Source: the human T2T-CHM13v2.0 reference genome, Homo sapiens. From it: DNA of 64,000 nucleotides. The stretch's first letter is position 1; the number at the start of each line of letters is the position of its first letter. The notes under the pieces are model-generated. The model saw nothing but the letters and a program-made list of their open reading frames with translations, did not search any database and was not told where the DNA came from. This document shows positions 41,687 through 58,628 of this stretch, piece after piece. The stretch lies in assembly GCF_009914755.1 (NCBI RefSeq), contig NC_060948.1; one strand, written 5' to 3'. The position numbers and the translations under genes are program-made.

Positions 41687-43814
41687 AGATCCATATTTTT
41701 TAAATGAAAAAGAATTTCAAAGGTACTCTGCTTGGTACAATAATCAAATGTATAAACTGAGGAATAAAACATAACCATGAAACCTACTTATAACTGCATA
41801 TGGAAAATGCAGAGGATAATTTTTTAAATAACATATTTTGAAAGCCTTAACTAGTAATTTGAAGAGTTGGCATTTGAAAGGCCAGTATGAATATACCTTC
41901 AAAGCAGCAACACAGGTTCCCCATGAGAAAAAGCAAACACAGGGAAAATAAAAACACAAAGGTTCAATCTCTTCTGACCTTTGAAAGACACAGCACAGAC
42001 AGTGGTCCTTAGGACGAAGAGCAGGAGACCCCTAATTCCGTCACCATGGCGATAGGGCATAAACATTGCTGGGTGAGGGCACAATCCACATTGTGAGGTC
42101 CAACTGCTGCCAGGAAGACAGGAGTGCTTTTACATAGACCGAAAGGTCATTGAAGGCTGAGAGTTTTGTTTCAAGAACTGAATCCCAAGCCCACACGTTA
42201 TTAGGCTGCGCTTCTTAAAACAAGTTATGAGATGGGAAAAAGGGCACCCACAAACATACGTATACATTATGTATATAATAATATACAGTATCATATATAT
42301 AATATATATAACCTATGTATAATATTGTTTTACATCCTGCATCTTATGTTATATATATTGTATAAAATATAATAATTGATAATATATAAGTTTTATAATT
42401 ATACAATATGACATATAGTATATATTATAATTTATGACATATATAATATATGTTATATATCATATGTAGAATATATTATACGGTTAATATACGTATTAAA
42501 TATAAATTATACATTATATATATTATATATAATATATCTGTTATATATAATACCCATTATGCATAATATATATATTATGTCTATGTTATATATAGTATAA
42601 AACAACATATAATAATATATAATTGTATATATAAAATGCGACAGATAATATATATTATATTTTATAACATATGTAATATATATTATATATTATATATAAT
42701 ACGTTGTATGTATAATACCTATATTAAATATATATTATATGACTATGTTATTAATTACATGTCACATGTGTTATATATTATATATTTTACATAGAATATA
42801 CCGGTTACATACAATATATACTATGTTACCTATAATGTGTAATTTATTACATGTAAAATAAAGAATGCAATATATTATGTATAATTTATAATATACAATA
42901 TGTGGAATGTGATATATATAACATATAATATATGATATATGATATACAGTATATGATATATAACATACAATATATGATTCCTAATATATATGGTATACAA
43001 TATATATTTTATGATATGTATTCTATATGTTTTATATTCTGTTATATATAACTATTTGAAATTATATATAACTGTATAATATTTTATGTAAATATGTAAT
43101 ATAATATATATAACTATATAATATATTATAGATAACTATATATTATGTTATATATAATTTTATAACATAATTTACATAAAATATCATAATATAATATATA
43201 TTATATTATTTCATATTACATAATATATATTACATATCACCCAATATAACTAACATACATAATATTATAACATAGATTATATTGTGTTATATTAAATATC
43301 ATATATATCATTTATCATATATTCTATAATATATATTACACATTATATAATATGTATGTTGTCTATTATGTGATATATATAACTATATATATAATTATAT
43401 TTTTATACATATAACTAGATAAACATGTAATTCTACATATTTTCATTTATAATATGTAGAATTATATAATCATATATAATTATTTATATTCTATAAAAAA
43501 TTTTATCATTATATAAATTATAATATATAAAAATTATAATATGTACTACAAATATATATATTATATATCATATATGATATAGTACCTTTGTTATATATCA
43601 TAATACATATAAATGTGTATTATGTTATCTATAATTATATAATTTCATATAAAAGATGTATAACATGTATCATATATTATATATGTTATGTAATATATAT
43701 AGTATATATAAGATGACACAGGATAAATATTATATACTATGACATATAAAATATATCAGGTTATATGTTACATATAAGGCATAGCACATAACATGTAATA
43801 TGTATCATATATAA

Positions 43815-44106
43815 TTTTTTTTTAGACAGAATCTTGTCCTGTTGCACAGGGTGGGGTACAATGGCGCCATCTTTGCTCACTGCAAATTCTGCCTCATGGG
43901 TCCAAGCGATTGTCCTCCCTCAGCCTCCCAGGTAGCTGGGACTACACCACACTGGGACTACACCAGCTGCCACCATGCCTAGCTAATTTTTTGTATTTTT
44001 AGTAGTGACAATGTTTCACTGTATTGGCCAGGATGGTCTTGATCTCTTTACCTTGTGATCCCCTTGCCTTGGCCTCCAAATTTGCTGGGATTACAGGCCT
44101 GAGCCA
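43815..44106 (-). mobile_element. Alu copy, unit 19 (chimeric)
   Basis: tgcaaatt marker of unit 20 on the left, unit-16/18 markers on the right. Confidence 0.93.
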
Positions 44107-46234
44107 AGATCCATATTTTTTAAATGAAAAAGAATTTCAAAGGTACTCTGCTTGGTACAATAATCAAATGTATAAACTGAGGAATAAAACATAACCATGA
44201 AACCTACTTATAACTGCATATGGAAAATACAGAGGATAATTTTTTAAATAACATATTTTGAAAGCCTTAACTAGTAATTTGAAGAGTTGGCATTTGAAAG
44301 GCCAGTATGAATATACCTTCAAAGCAGCAACACAGGTTCCCCATGAGAAAAAGCAAACACAGGGAAAATAAAAACACAAAGGTTCAATCTCTTCTGACCT
44401 TTGAAAGACACAGCACAGACAGTGGTCCTTAGGACGAAGAGCAGGAGACCCCTAATTCCGTCACCATGGCGATAGGGCATAAACATTGCTGGGTGAGGGC
44501 ACAATCCACATTGTGAGGTCCAACTGCTGCCAGGAAGACAGGAGTGCTTTTACATAGACCGAAAGGTCATTGAAGGCTGAGAGTTTTGTTTCAAGAACTG
44601 AATCCCAAGCCCACACGTTATTAGGCTGCGCTTCTTAAAACAAGTTATGAGATGGGAAAAAGGGCACCCACAAACATACGTATACATTATGTATATAATA
44701 ATATACAGTATCATATATATAATATATATAACCTATGTATAATATTGTTTTACATCCTGCATCTTATGTTATATATATTGTATAAAATATAATAATTGAT
44801 AATATATAAGTTTTATAATTATACAATATGACATATAGTATATATTATAATTTATGACATATATAATATATGTTATATATCATATGTAGAATATATTATA
44901 CGGTTAATATACGTATTAAATATAAATTATACATTATATATATTATATATAATATATCTGTTATATATAATACCCATTATGCATAATATATATATTATGT
45001 CTATGTTATATATAGTATAAAACAACATATAATAATATATAATTGTATATATAAAATGCGACAGATAATATATATTATATTTTATAACATATGTAATATA
45101 TATTATATATTATATATAATACGTTGTATGTATAATACCTATATTAAATATATATTATATGACTATGTTATTAATTACATGTCACATGTGTTATATATTA
45201 TATATTTTACATAGAATATACCGGTTACATACAATATATACTATGTTACCTATAATGTGTAATTTATTACATGTAAAATAAAGAATGCAATATATTATGT
45301 ATAATTTATAATATACAATATGTGGAATGTGATATATATAACATATAATATATGATATATGATATACAGTATATGATATATAACATACAATATATGATTC
45401 CTAATATATATGGTATACAATATATATTTTATGATATGTATTCTATATGTTTTATATTCTGTTATATATAACTATTTGAAATTATATATAACTGTATAAT
45501 ATTTTATGTAAATATGTAATATAATATATATAACTATATAATATATTATAGATAACTATATATTATGTTATATATAATTTTATAACATAATTTACATAAA
45601 ATATCATAATATAATATATATTATATTATTTCATATTACATAATATATATTACATATCACCCAATATAACTAACATACATAATATTATAACATAGATTAT
45701 ATTGTGTTATATTAAATATCATATATATCATTTATCATATATTCTATAATATATATTACACATTATATAATATGTATGTTGTCTATTATGTGATATATAT
45801 AACTATATATATAATTATATTTTTATACATATAACTAGATAAACATGTAATTCTACATATTTTCATTTATAATATGTAGAATTATATAATCATATATAAT
45901 TATTTATATTCTATAAAAAATTTTATCATTATATAAATTATAATATATAAAAATTATAATATGTACTACAAATATATATATTATATATCATATATGATAT
46001 AGTACCTTTGTTATATATCATAATACATATAAATGTGTATTATGTTATCTATAATTATATAATTTCATATAAAAGATGTATAACATGTATCATATATTAT
46101 ATATGTTATGTAATATATATAGTATATATAAGATGACACAGGATAAATATTATATACTATGACATATAAAATATATCAGGTTATATGTTACATATAAGGC
46201 ATAGCACATAACATGTAATATGTATCATATATAA

Positions 46235-46526
46235 TTTTTTTTTAGACAGAATCTTGTCCTGTTGCACAGGGTGGGGTACAATGGCGCCATCTTTGCTCAC
46301 TGCAAATTCTGCCTCATGGGTCCAAGCGATTGTCCTCCCTCAGCCTCCCAGGTAGCTGGGACTACACCACACTGGGACTACACCAGCTGCCACCATGCCT
46401 TGCTAATTTTTTGGATTTTTAGTAGTGACAGCGTTTCACTGTATTGGCCAGGATGGTCTTGATCTCTTCACCTTGTGATCCCCTTGCCTTGGCCTCCAAA
46501 TTTGCTGGGATTACAGGCCTGAGCCA
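46235..46526 (-). mobile_element. Alu copy, unit 20
   Basis: tgcaaatt, catggg and gccttgc variants. Confidence 0.93.
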
Positions 46527-48631
46527 AGATCCATATTTTTTAAATGAAAAAAAATTTCAAAGGTACTCTGCTTGGTACAATAATCAAATGTATAAACTGA
46601 GGAATAAAACATAACCATGAAACCTACTTATAACTGCATATGGAAAATGCAGAGGATAATTTTTTAAATAACATATTTTGAAAGCCTTAACTATTAATTT
46701 GAAGAGTTGGCATTTGAAAGGCCAGTATGAATATACCTTCAAAGCAGCAACACAGGTTCCCCATGAGAAAAAGCAAACACAGGGAAAATAAAAACACAAA
46801 GGTTCAATCTCTTCTGACCTTTGAAAGACACAGCACAGACAGTGGTCCTTAGGACGAAGAGCAGGAGACCCCTAATTCCGTCACCATGGCGATAGGGCAT
46901 AAACATTGCTGGGTGAGGGCACAATCCACATTGTGAGGTCCAACTGCTGCCAGGAAGACAGGAGTGCTTTTACATAGACCGAAAGGTCATTGAAGGCTCA
47001 GAGTTTTGTTTCAAGAACTGAATCCCAAGCCCACACGTTATTAGGCTGCGCTTCTTAAAACAAGTTATGAGATGGGAAAAAGGGCACCCACAAACATACG
47101 TATACATTATGTATATAATAATATACAGTGTCATATATTTAATATATATAACCTATGTATAATATTGTTTTACATCCTGCATCTTATGTTATATATATTG
47201 TATAAAATATAATAATTGATAATATATAAGTTTTATAATTATACAATATGACATATAGTATATATTATAATTTATGACATATATAATATATGTTATATGT
47301 CATATATAGAATATATTATACGGTTAATATACGTATTAAATATAAATTATACATTATATATATTATATATAATATATCTGTTATATATAATACCCATTAT
47401 GCATAATATATATATTATGTCTATTTTATATATAGTATAAAACAACATATAATAATATATAATTGTATATATAAAATGCGACATATAATATATATTATAT
47501 TTTATAACATATGTAATATATATTATATATTATATATAATACGTTGTATGTATAATACCTATATTAAATATATATTATATGACTATGTTATTAATTACAT
47601 GTCACATGTGTTATATATTATATATTTTACATAGAATATACCGGTTACATACAATATATACTATGTTACCTATAATGTATAATTTATTACATGTAAAATA
47701 AAGAATGCAATATATTATGTATAATTTATAATATACCATATGTGGAATGTGATATATATAACATATAATATATGATATATGGTATACAGTATATGATATA
47801 TAACATACAATATATGATTCCTAATATATATTGTATACAATATATATTTTATGATATGTATTCTATATGTTTTATATTCTGTTATATATAACTATTTGAA
47901 ATTATATATAACTGTATAATATTTTATGTAAATATGTAATATAATATATATAACTATATAATATATTACATATAACTATATATTATGTTATATATACTTT
48001 TATAACATAATTTACATAAAATATCATAATGTAATATATATTATATTATTTCATATTACATAATATATATTACATATCACCCAATATAACTAACATACAT
48101 AATATTATAATATAGATTATATTGTGTTATATTAAATATCATATATATCATGTATCATATATTCTATAATATATATTACACATTATATAATATGTATGTT
48201 GTCTATTATGTGATATATATAACTATATATATAATTATATTTTTATACATATAACTAGATAAACATGTAATTCTACATATTTTCATTTATAATATGTAGA
48301 ATTATATAATCATATATAATTATTTATATTCTATAAAAAATTTTATCATTATATAAATTATAATATATAAAAATTATAATATGTACTACAAATATATATA
48401 TTATATATCATATATGATATAGTACCTTTGTTATATATCATAATACATATAAATGTGTATTATGTTATCTATAATTATATAATTTCATATATAAGATGTA
48501 TAATATGTATCATATATTATATATGTTATGTAATATATATAGTATATATAAGATGACACAGGATAAATATTATATACTATGACATATAAAATATATCAGG
48601 TTATATGTTACATATAAGGCATAGCACATAA

Positions 48632-48946
<315 letters not shown>

Positions 48947-51051
48947 AGATCCATATTTTTTAAATGAAAAAAAATTTCAAAGGTACTCTGCTTGGTACAA
49001 TAATCAAATGTATAAACTGAGGAATAAAACATAACCATGAAACCTACTTATAACTGCATATGGAAAATACAGAGGATAATTTTTTAAATAACATATTTTG
49101 AAAGCCTTAACTAGTAATTTGAAGAGCTGGCATTTGAAAGGCCAGTATGAATATACCTTCAAATCAGCAACACAGGTTCCCCATGAGAAAAAGCAAACAC
49201 AGGGAAAATAAAAACACAAAGGTTCAATCTCTTCTGACCTTTGAAAGACACAGCACAGACAGTGGTCCTTAGGACGAAGAGCAGGAGACCCCTAATTCCG
49301 TCACCATGGCGATAGGGCATAAACATTGCTGGGTGAGGGCACAATCCACATTGTGAGGTCCAACTGCTGCCAGGAAGACAGGAGTGCTTTTACATAGACC
49401 GAAAGGTCATTGAAGGCTCAGAGTTTTGTTTCAAGAACTGAATCCCAAGCCCACACGTTATTAGGCTGCGCTTCTTAAAACAAGTTATGAGATGGGAAAA
49501 AGGGCACCCACAAACATACGTATACATTATGTATATAATAATATACAGTATCATATATATAATATATATAACCTATGTATAATATTGTTTTACATCCTGC
49601 ATCTTATGTTATATATATTGTATAAAATATAATAATTGATAATATATAAGTTTTATAATTATACAATATGACATATAGTATATATTATAATTTATGACAT
49701 ATATAATATATGTTATATATCATATGTAGAATATATTATACGGTTAATATACGTATTAAATATAAATTATACATTATATATATTATATATAATATATCTG
49801 TTATATATAATACCCATTATGCATAATATATATATTATGTCTATGTTATATATAGTATAAAACAACATATAATAATATATAATTGTATATATAAAATGCG
49901 ACATATAATATATATTATATTTTATAACATATGTAATATATATTATATATTATATATAATACGTTGTATGTATAATACCTATATTAAATATATATTATAT
50001 GACTATGTTATTAATTACATATCACATGTGTTATATATTATATATTTTACATAGAATATACCGGTTACATACAATATATACTATGTTACCTATAATGTGT
50101 AATTTATTACATGTAAAATAAAGAATGCAATATATTATGTATAATTTATAATATACAATATGTGGAATGTGATATATATAACATATAATATATGATATAT
50201 GATATACAGTATATGATATATAACATACAAAATATGATTCCTAATATATATGGTATACAATATATATTTTATGATATGTATTCTATATGTTTTATATTCT
50301 GTTATATATAACTATTTGAAATTATATATAACTGTATAATATTTTATGTAAATATGTAATATAATATATATAACTATATAATATATTACATATAACTATA
50401 TATTATGTTATATATACTTTTATAACATAATTTACATAAAATATCATAATGTAATATATATTATATTATTTCATATTACATAATATATATTACATATCAC
50501 CCAATATAACTAACATACATAATATTATAATATAGATTATATTGTGTTATATTAAATATCATATATATCATGTATCATATATTCTATAATATATATTACA
50601 CATTATATAATATGTATGTTGTCTATTATGTGATATATATAACTATATATATAATTATATTTTTATACATATAACTAGATAAACATGTAATTCTACATAT
50701 TTTCATTTATAATATGTAGAATTATATAATCATATATAATTATTTATATTCTATAAAAAATTTTATCATTACATAAATTATAATATATAAAAATTATAAT
50801 ATGTACTACAAATATATATATTATATATCATATATGATATAGTACCTTTGTTATATATCATAATACATATAAATGTGTATTATGTTATCTATAATTATAT
50901 AATTTCATATATAAGATGTATAATATGTATCATATATTATATATGTTATGTAATATATATAGTATATATAAGATGACACAGGATAAATATTATATACTAT
51001 GACATATAAAATATATCAGGTTATATGTTACATATAAGGCATAGCACATAA

Positions 51052-51366
<315 letters not shown>

Positions 51367-53494
51367 AGATCCATATTTTTTAAATGAAAAAAAATTTCAA
51401 AGGTACTCTGCTTGGTACAATAATCAAATGTATAAACTGAGGAATAAAACATAACCATGAAACCTACTTATAACTGCATATGGAAAATACAGAGGATAAT
51501 TTTTTAAATAACATATTTTGAAAGCCTTAACTAGTAATTTGAAGAGCTGGCATTTGAAAGGCCAGTATGAATATACATTCAAATCAGCAACACAGGTTCC
51601 CCATGAGAAAAAGCAAACACAGGGAAAATAAAAACACAAAGGTTCAATCTCTTCTGACCTTTGAAAGACACAGCACAGACAGTGGTCCTTAGGACGAAGA
51701 GCAGGAGACCCCTAATTCCGTCACCATGGCGATAGGGCATAAACATTGCTGGGTGAGGGCACAATCCACATTGTGAGGTCCAACTGCTGCCAGGAAGACA
51801 GGAGTGCTTTTACATAGACCGAAAGGTCATTGAAGGCTCAGAGTTTTGTTTCAAGAACTGAATCCCAAGCCCACACGTTATTAGGCTGCGCTTCTTAAAA
51901 CAAGTTATGAGATGGGAAAAAGGGCACCCACAAACATACGTATACATTATGTATATAATAATATACAGTATCATATATATAATATATATAACCTATGTAT
52001 AATATTGTTTTACATCCTGCATCTTATGTTATATATATTGTATAAAATATAATAATTGATAATATATAAGATTTATAATTATACAATATGACATATAGTA
52101 TATATTATAATTTATGACATATATAATATATGTTATATATCATATGTAGAATATATTATACGGTTAATATACGTATTAAATATAAATTATACATTATATA
52201 TATTATATATAATATATCTGTTATATATAATACACATTATGCATAATATATATATTATGTCTATGTTATATATAGTATAAAACAACATATAATAATGTAT
52301 AATTGTATATATAAAATGCGACATATAATATATATTATATTTTATAACATATGTAATATATACTATATATTATATATAATACGTTGTATGTATAATACCT
52401 ATATTAAATATATATTATATGACTATGTTATTAATTACATGTCACATGTGTTATATATTATACATTTTACATAGAATATACCGGTTACATACAATATATA
52501 CTATGTTACCTATAATGTGTAATTTATTACATGTAAAATAAAGAATGCAATATATTATGTATAATTTATAATATACAATATGTGGAATGTGATATATATA
52601 ACATATAATATATGATATATGATATACAGTATATGATATATAACATACAATATATGATTCCTAATATATATGGTATACAATATATATTTTATGATATGTA
52701 TTCTATATGTTTTATATTCTGTTATATATAACTATTTGAAATTATATATAACTGTATAATATTTTATGTAAATATGTAATATAATATATATAACTATATA
52801 ATATATTATAGATAACTATATATTATGTTATATATACTTTTATAACATAATTTACATAAAATATCATAATATAATATATATTATATTATTTCATATTACA
52901 TAATATATATTACATATCACCCAATATAACTAACATACATAATATTATAATATAGATTATATTGTGTTATATTAAATATCATATATATCATGTATCATAT
53001 ATTCTATAATATATATTACACATTATATAATATGTATGTTGTCTATTATGTGATATATATAACTATATATATAATTATATTTTTATACATATAACTAGAT
53101 AAACATGTAATTCTACATATTTTCATTTATAATATGTAGAATTATATAATCATATATAATTATTTATATTCTATAAAAAATTTTATCATTATATAAATTA
53201 TAATATATAAAAATTATAATATGTACTACAAATATATATATTATATATCATATATGATATAGTACCTTTGTTATATATCATAATACATATAAATGTGTAT
53301 TATGTTATCTATAATTATATAATTTCATATATAAGATGTATAATATGTATCATATATTATATATGTTATGTAATATATATAGTATATATAAGATGACACA
53401 GGATAAATATTATATACTATGACATATAAAATATATCAGGTTATATGTTACATATAAGGCATAGCACATAACATGTAATATGTATCATATATAA

Positions 53495-53786
53495 TTTTTT
53501 TTTAGACAGAATCTTGTCCTGTTGCACAGGGTGGGGTACAATGGCGCCATCTTTGCTCACTGCAACTTCTGCCTCATGGGTCCAAGCGATTGTCCTCCCT
53601 CAGCCTCCCAGGTAGCTGGGACTACACCACACTGGGACTACACCAGCTGCCACCATGCCTAGCTAATTTTTTGTATTTTTAGTAGTGACAATGTTTCACT
53701 GTATTGGCCAGGATGGTCTTGATCTCTTTACCTTGTGATCCCCTTGCCTTGGCCTCCAAATTTGCTGGGATTACAGGCCTGAGCCA
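53495..53786 (-). mobile_element. Alu copy, unit 23
   Basis: Same variant set as units 16 and 18. Confidence 0.93.
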
Positions 53787-55916
53787 AGATCCATATTTTT
53801 TAAATGAAAAAGAATTTCAAAGGTACTCTGCTTGGTACAATAATCAAATGTATAAACTGAGGAATAAAACATAACCATGAAACCTACTTATAACTGCATA
53901 TGGAAAATACAGAGGATAATTTTTTAAATAACATATTTTGAAAGCCTTAACTAGTAATTTGAAGAGTTGGCATTTGAAAGGCCAGTATGAATATACCTTC
54001 AAAGCAGCAACACAGGTTCCCCATGAGAAAAAGCAAACACAGGGAAAATAAAAACACAAAGGTTCAATCTCTTCTGACCTTTGAAAGACACAGCACAGAC
54101 AGTGGTCCTTAGGACGAAGAGCAGGAGACCCCTAATTCCGTCACCATGGCGATAGGGCATAAACATTGCTGGGTGAGGGCACAATCCACATTGTGAGGTC
54201 CAACTGCTGCCAGGAAGACAGGAGTGCTTTTACATAGACCGAAAGGTCATTGAAGGCTGAGAGTTTTGTTTCAAGAACTGAATCCCAAGCCCACACGTTA
54301 TTAGGCTGCGCTTCTTAAAACAAGTTATGAGATGGGAAAAAGGGCACCCACAAACATACGTATACATTATGTATATAATAATATACAGTATCATATATAT
54401 AATATATATAACCTATGTATAATATTGTTTTACATCCTGCATCTTATGTTATATATATTGTATAAAATATAATAATTGATAATATATAAGTTTTATAATT
54501 ATACAATATGACATATAGTATATATTATAATTTATGACATATATAATATATGTTATATATCATATGTAGAATATATTATACGGTTAATATACGTATTAAA
54601 TATAAATTATACATTATATATATTATATATAATATATCTGTTATATATAATACCCATTATGCATAATATATATATTATGTCTATGTTATATATAGTATAA
54701 AACAACATATAATAATATATAATTGTATATATAAAATGCGACAGATAATATATATTATATTTTATAACATATGTAATATATATTATATATTATATATAAT
54801 ACGTTGTATGTATAATACCTATATTAAATATATATTATATGACTATGTTATTAATTACATGTCACATGTGTTATATATTATATATTTTACATAGAATATA
54901 CCGGTTACATACAATATATACTATGTTACCTATAATGTGTAATTTATTACATGTAAAATAAAGAATGCAATATATTATGTATAATTTATAATATACAATA
55001 TGTGGAATGTGATATATATAACATATAATATATGATATATGATATACAGTATATGATATATAACATACAATATATGATTCCTAATATATATGGTATACAA
55101 TATATATTTTATGATATGTATTCTATATGTTTTATATTCTGTTATATATAACTATTTGAAATTATATATAACTGTATAATATTTTATGTAAATATGTAAT
55201 ATAATATATATATAACTATATAATATATTATAGATAACTATATATTATGTTATATATAATTTTATAACATAATTTACATAAAATATCATAATATAATATA
55301 TATTATATTATTTCATATTACATAATATATATTACATATCACCCAATATAACTAACATACATAATATTATAACATAGATTATATTGTGTTATATTAAATA
55401 TCATATATATCATTTATCATATATTCTATAATATATATTACACATTATATAATATGTATGTTGTCTATTATGTGATATATATAACTATATATATAATTAT
55501 ATTTTTATACATATAACTAGATAAACATGTAATTCTACATATTTTCATTTATAATATGTAGAATTATATAATCATATATAATTATTTATATTCTATAAAA
55601 AATTTTATCATTATATAAATTATAATATATAAAAATTATAATATGTACTACAAATATATATATTATATATCATATATGATATAGTACCTTTGTTATATAT
55701 CATAATACATATAAATGTGTATTATGTTATCTATAATTATATAATTTCATATAAAAGATGTATAACATGTATCATATATTATATATGTTATGTAATATAT
55801 ATAGTATATATAAGATGACACAGGATAAATATTATATACTATGACATATAAAATATATCAGGTTATATGTTACATATAAGGCATAGCACATAACATGTAA
55901 TATGTATCATATATAA

Positions 55917-56208
55917 TTTTTTTTTAGACAGAATCTTGTCCTGTTGCACAGGGTGGGGTACAATGGCGCCATCTTTGCTCACTGCAAATTCTGCCTCATG
56001 GGTCCAAGCGATTGTCCTCCCTCAGCCTCCCAGGTAGCTGGGACTACACCACACTGGGACTACACCAGCTGCCACCATGCCTTGCTAATTTTTTGGATTT
56101 TTAGTAGTGACAGCGTTTCACTGTATTGGCCAGGATGGTCTTGATCTCTTCACCTTGTGATCCCCTTGCCTTGGCCTCCAAATTTGCTGGGATTACAGGC
56201 CTGAGCCA
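55917..56208 (-). mobile_element. Alu copy, unit 24
   Basis: Same variant set as unit 20. Confidence 0.93.
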
Positions 56209-58313
56209 AGATCCATATTTTTTAAATGAAAAAAAATTTCAAAGGTACTCTGCTTGGTACAATAATCAAATGTATAAACTGAGGAATAAAACATAACCAT
56301 GAAACCTACTTATAACTGCATATGGAAAATGCAGAGGATAATTTTTTAAATAACATATTTTGAAAGCCTTAACTATTAATTTGAAGAGTTGGCATTTGAA
56401 AGGCCAGTATGAATATACCTTCAAAGCAGCAACACAGGTTCCCCATGAGAAAAAGCAAACACAGGGAAAATAAAAACACAAAGGTTCAATCTCTTCTGAC
56501 CTTTGAAAGACACAGCACAGACAGTGGTCCTTAGGACGAAGAGCAGGAGACCCCTAATTCCGTCACCATGGCGATAGGGCATAAACATTGCTGGGTGAGG
56601 GCACAATCCACATTGTGAGGTCCAACTGCTGCCAGGAAGACAGGAGTGCTTTTACATAGACCGAAAGGTCATTGAAGGCTCAGAGTTTTGTTTCAAGAAC
56701 TGAATCCCAAGCCCACACGTTATTAGGCTGCGCTTCTTAAAACAAGTTATGAGATGGGAAAAAGGGCACCCACAAACATACGTATACATTATGTATATAA
56801 TAATATACAGTGTCATATATTTAATATATATAACCTATGTATAATATTGTTTTACATCCTGCATCTTATGTTATATATATTGTATAAAATATAATAATTG
56901 ATAATATATAAGTTTTATAATTATACAATATGACATATAGTATATATTATAATTTATGACATATATAATATATGTTATATGTCATATATAGAATATATTA
57001 TACGGTTAATATACGTATTAAATATAAATTATACATTATATATATTATATATAATATATCTGTTATATATAATACCCACTATGCATAATATATATATTAT
57101 GTCTATGTTATATATAGTATAAAACAACATATAATAATATGTAATTGTATATATAAAATGCGACATATAATATATATTATATTTTATAACATATGTAATA
57201 TATATTATATATTATATATAATACGTTGTATGTATAATACCTATATTAAATATATATTATATGACTATGTTATTAATTACATGTCACATGTGTTATATAT
57301 TATATATTTTACATAGAATATACCGGTTACATACAATATATACTATGTTACCTATAATGTATAATTTATTATATGTAAAATAAAGAATGCAATATATTAT
57401 GTATAATTTATAATATACCATATGTGGAATGTGATATATATAACATATAATATATGATATATGGTATACAGTATATGATATATGACATACAATATATGAT
57501 TCCTAATATATATTGTATACAATATATATTTTATGATATGTATTCTATATGTTTTATATTCTGTTATATATAACTATTTGAAATTATATATAACTGTATA
57601 ATATTTTATGTAAATATGTAATATAATATATATAACTATATAATATATTACATATAACTATATATTATGTTATATATACTTTTATAACATAATTTACATA
57701 AAATATCATAATGTAATATATATTATATTATTTCATATTACATAATATATATTACATATCACCCAATATAACTAACATACATAATATTATAATATAGATT
57801 ATATTGTGTTATATTAAATATCATATATATCATGTATCATATATTCTATAATATATATTACACATTATATAATATGTATGTTGTCTATTATGTGATATAT
57901 ATAACTATATATATAATTATATTTTTATACATATAACTAGATAAACATGTAATTCTACATATTTTCATTTATAATATGTAGAATTATATAATCATATATA
58001 ATTATTTATATTCTATAAAAAATTTTATCATTATATAAATTATAATATATAAAAATTATAATATGTACTACAAATATATATATTATATATCATATATGAT
58101 ATAGTACCTTTGTTATATATCATAATACATATAAATGTGTATTATGTTATCTATAATTATATAATTTCATATATAAGATGTATAATATGTATCATATATT
58201 ATATATGTTATGTAATATATATAGTATATATAAGATGACACAGGATAAATATTATATACTATGACATATAAAATATATGAGGTTATATGTTACATATAAG
58301 GCATAGCACATAA

Positions 58314-58628
<315 letters not shown>

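Noticed and set aside
46262-46462. 66-aa plus-strand ORF (also at 55944)
   Set aside because: It is an antisense Alu-derived reading frame opened by a single tag-to-ttg change.
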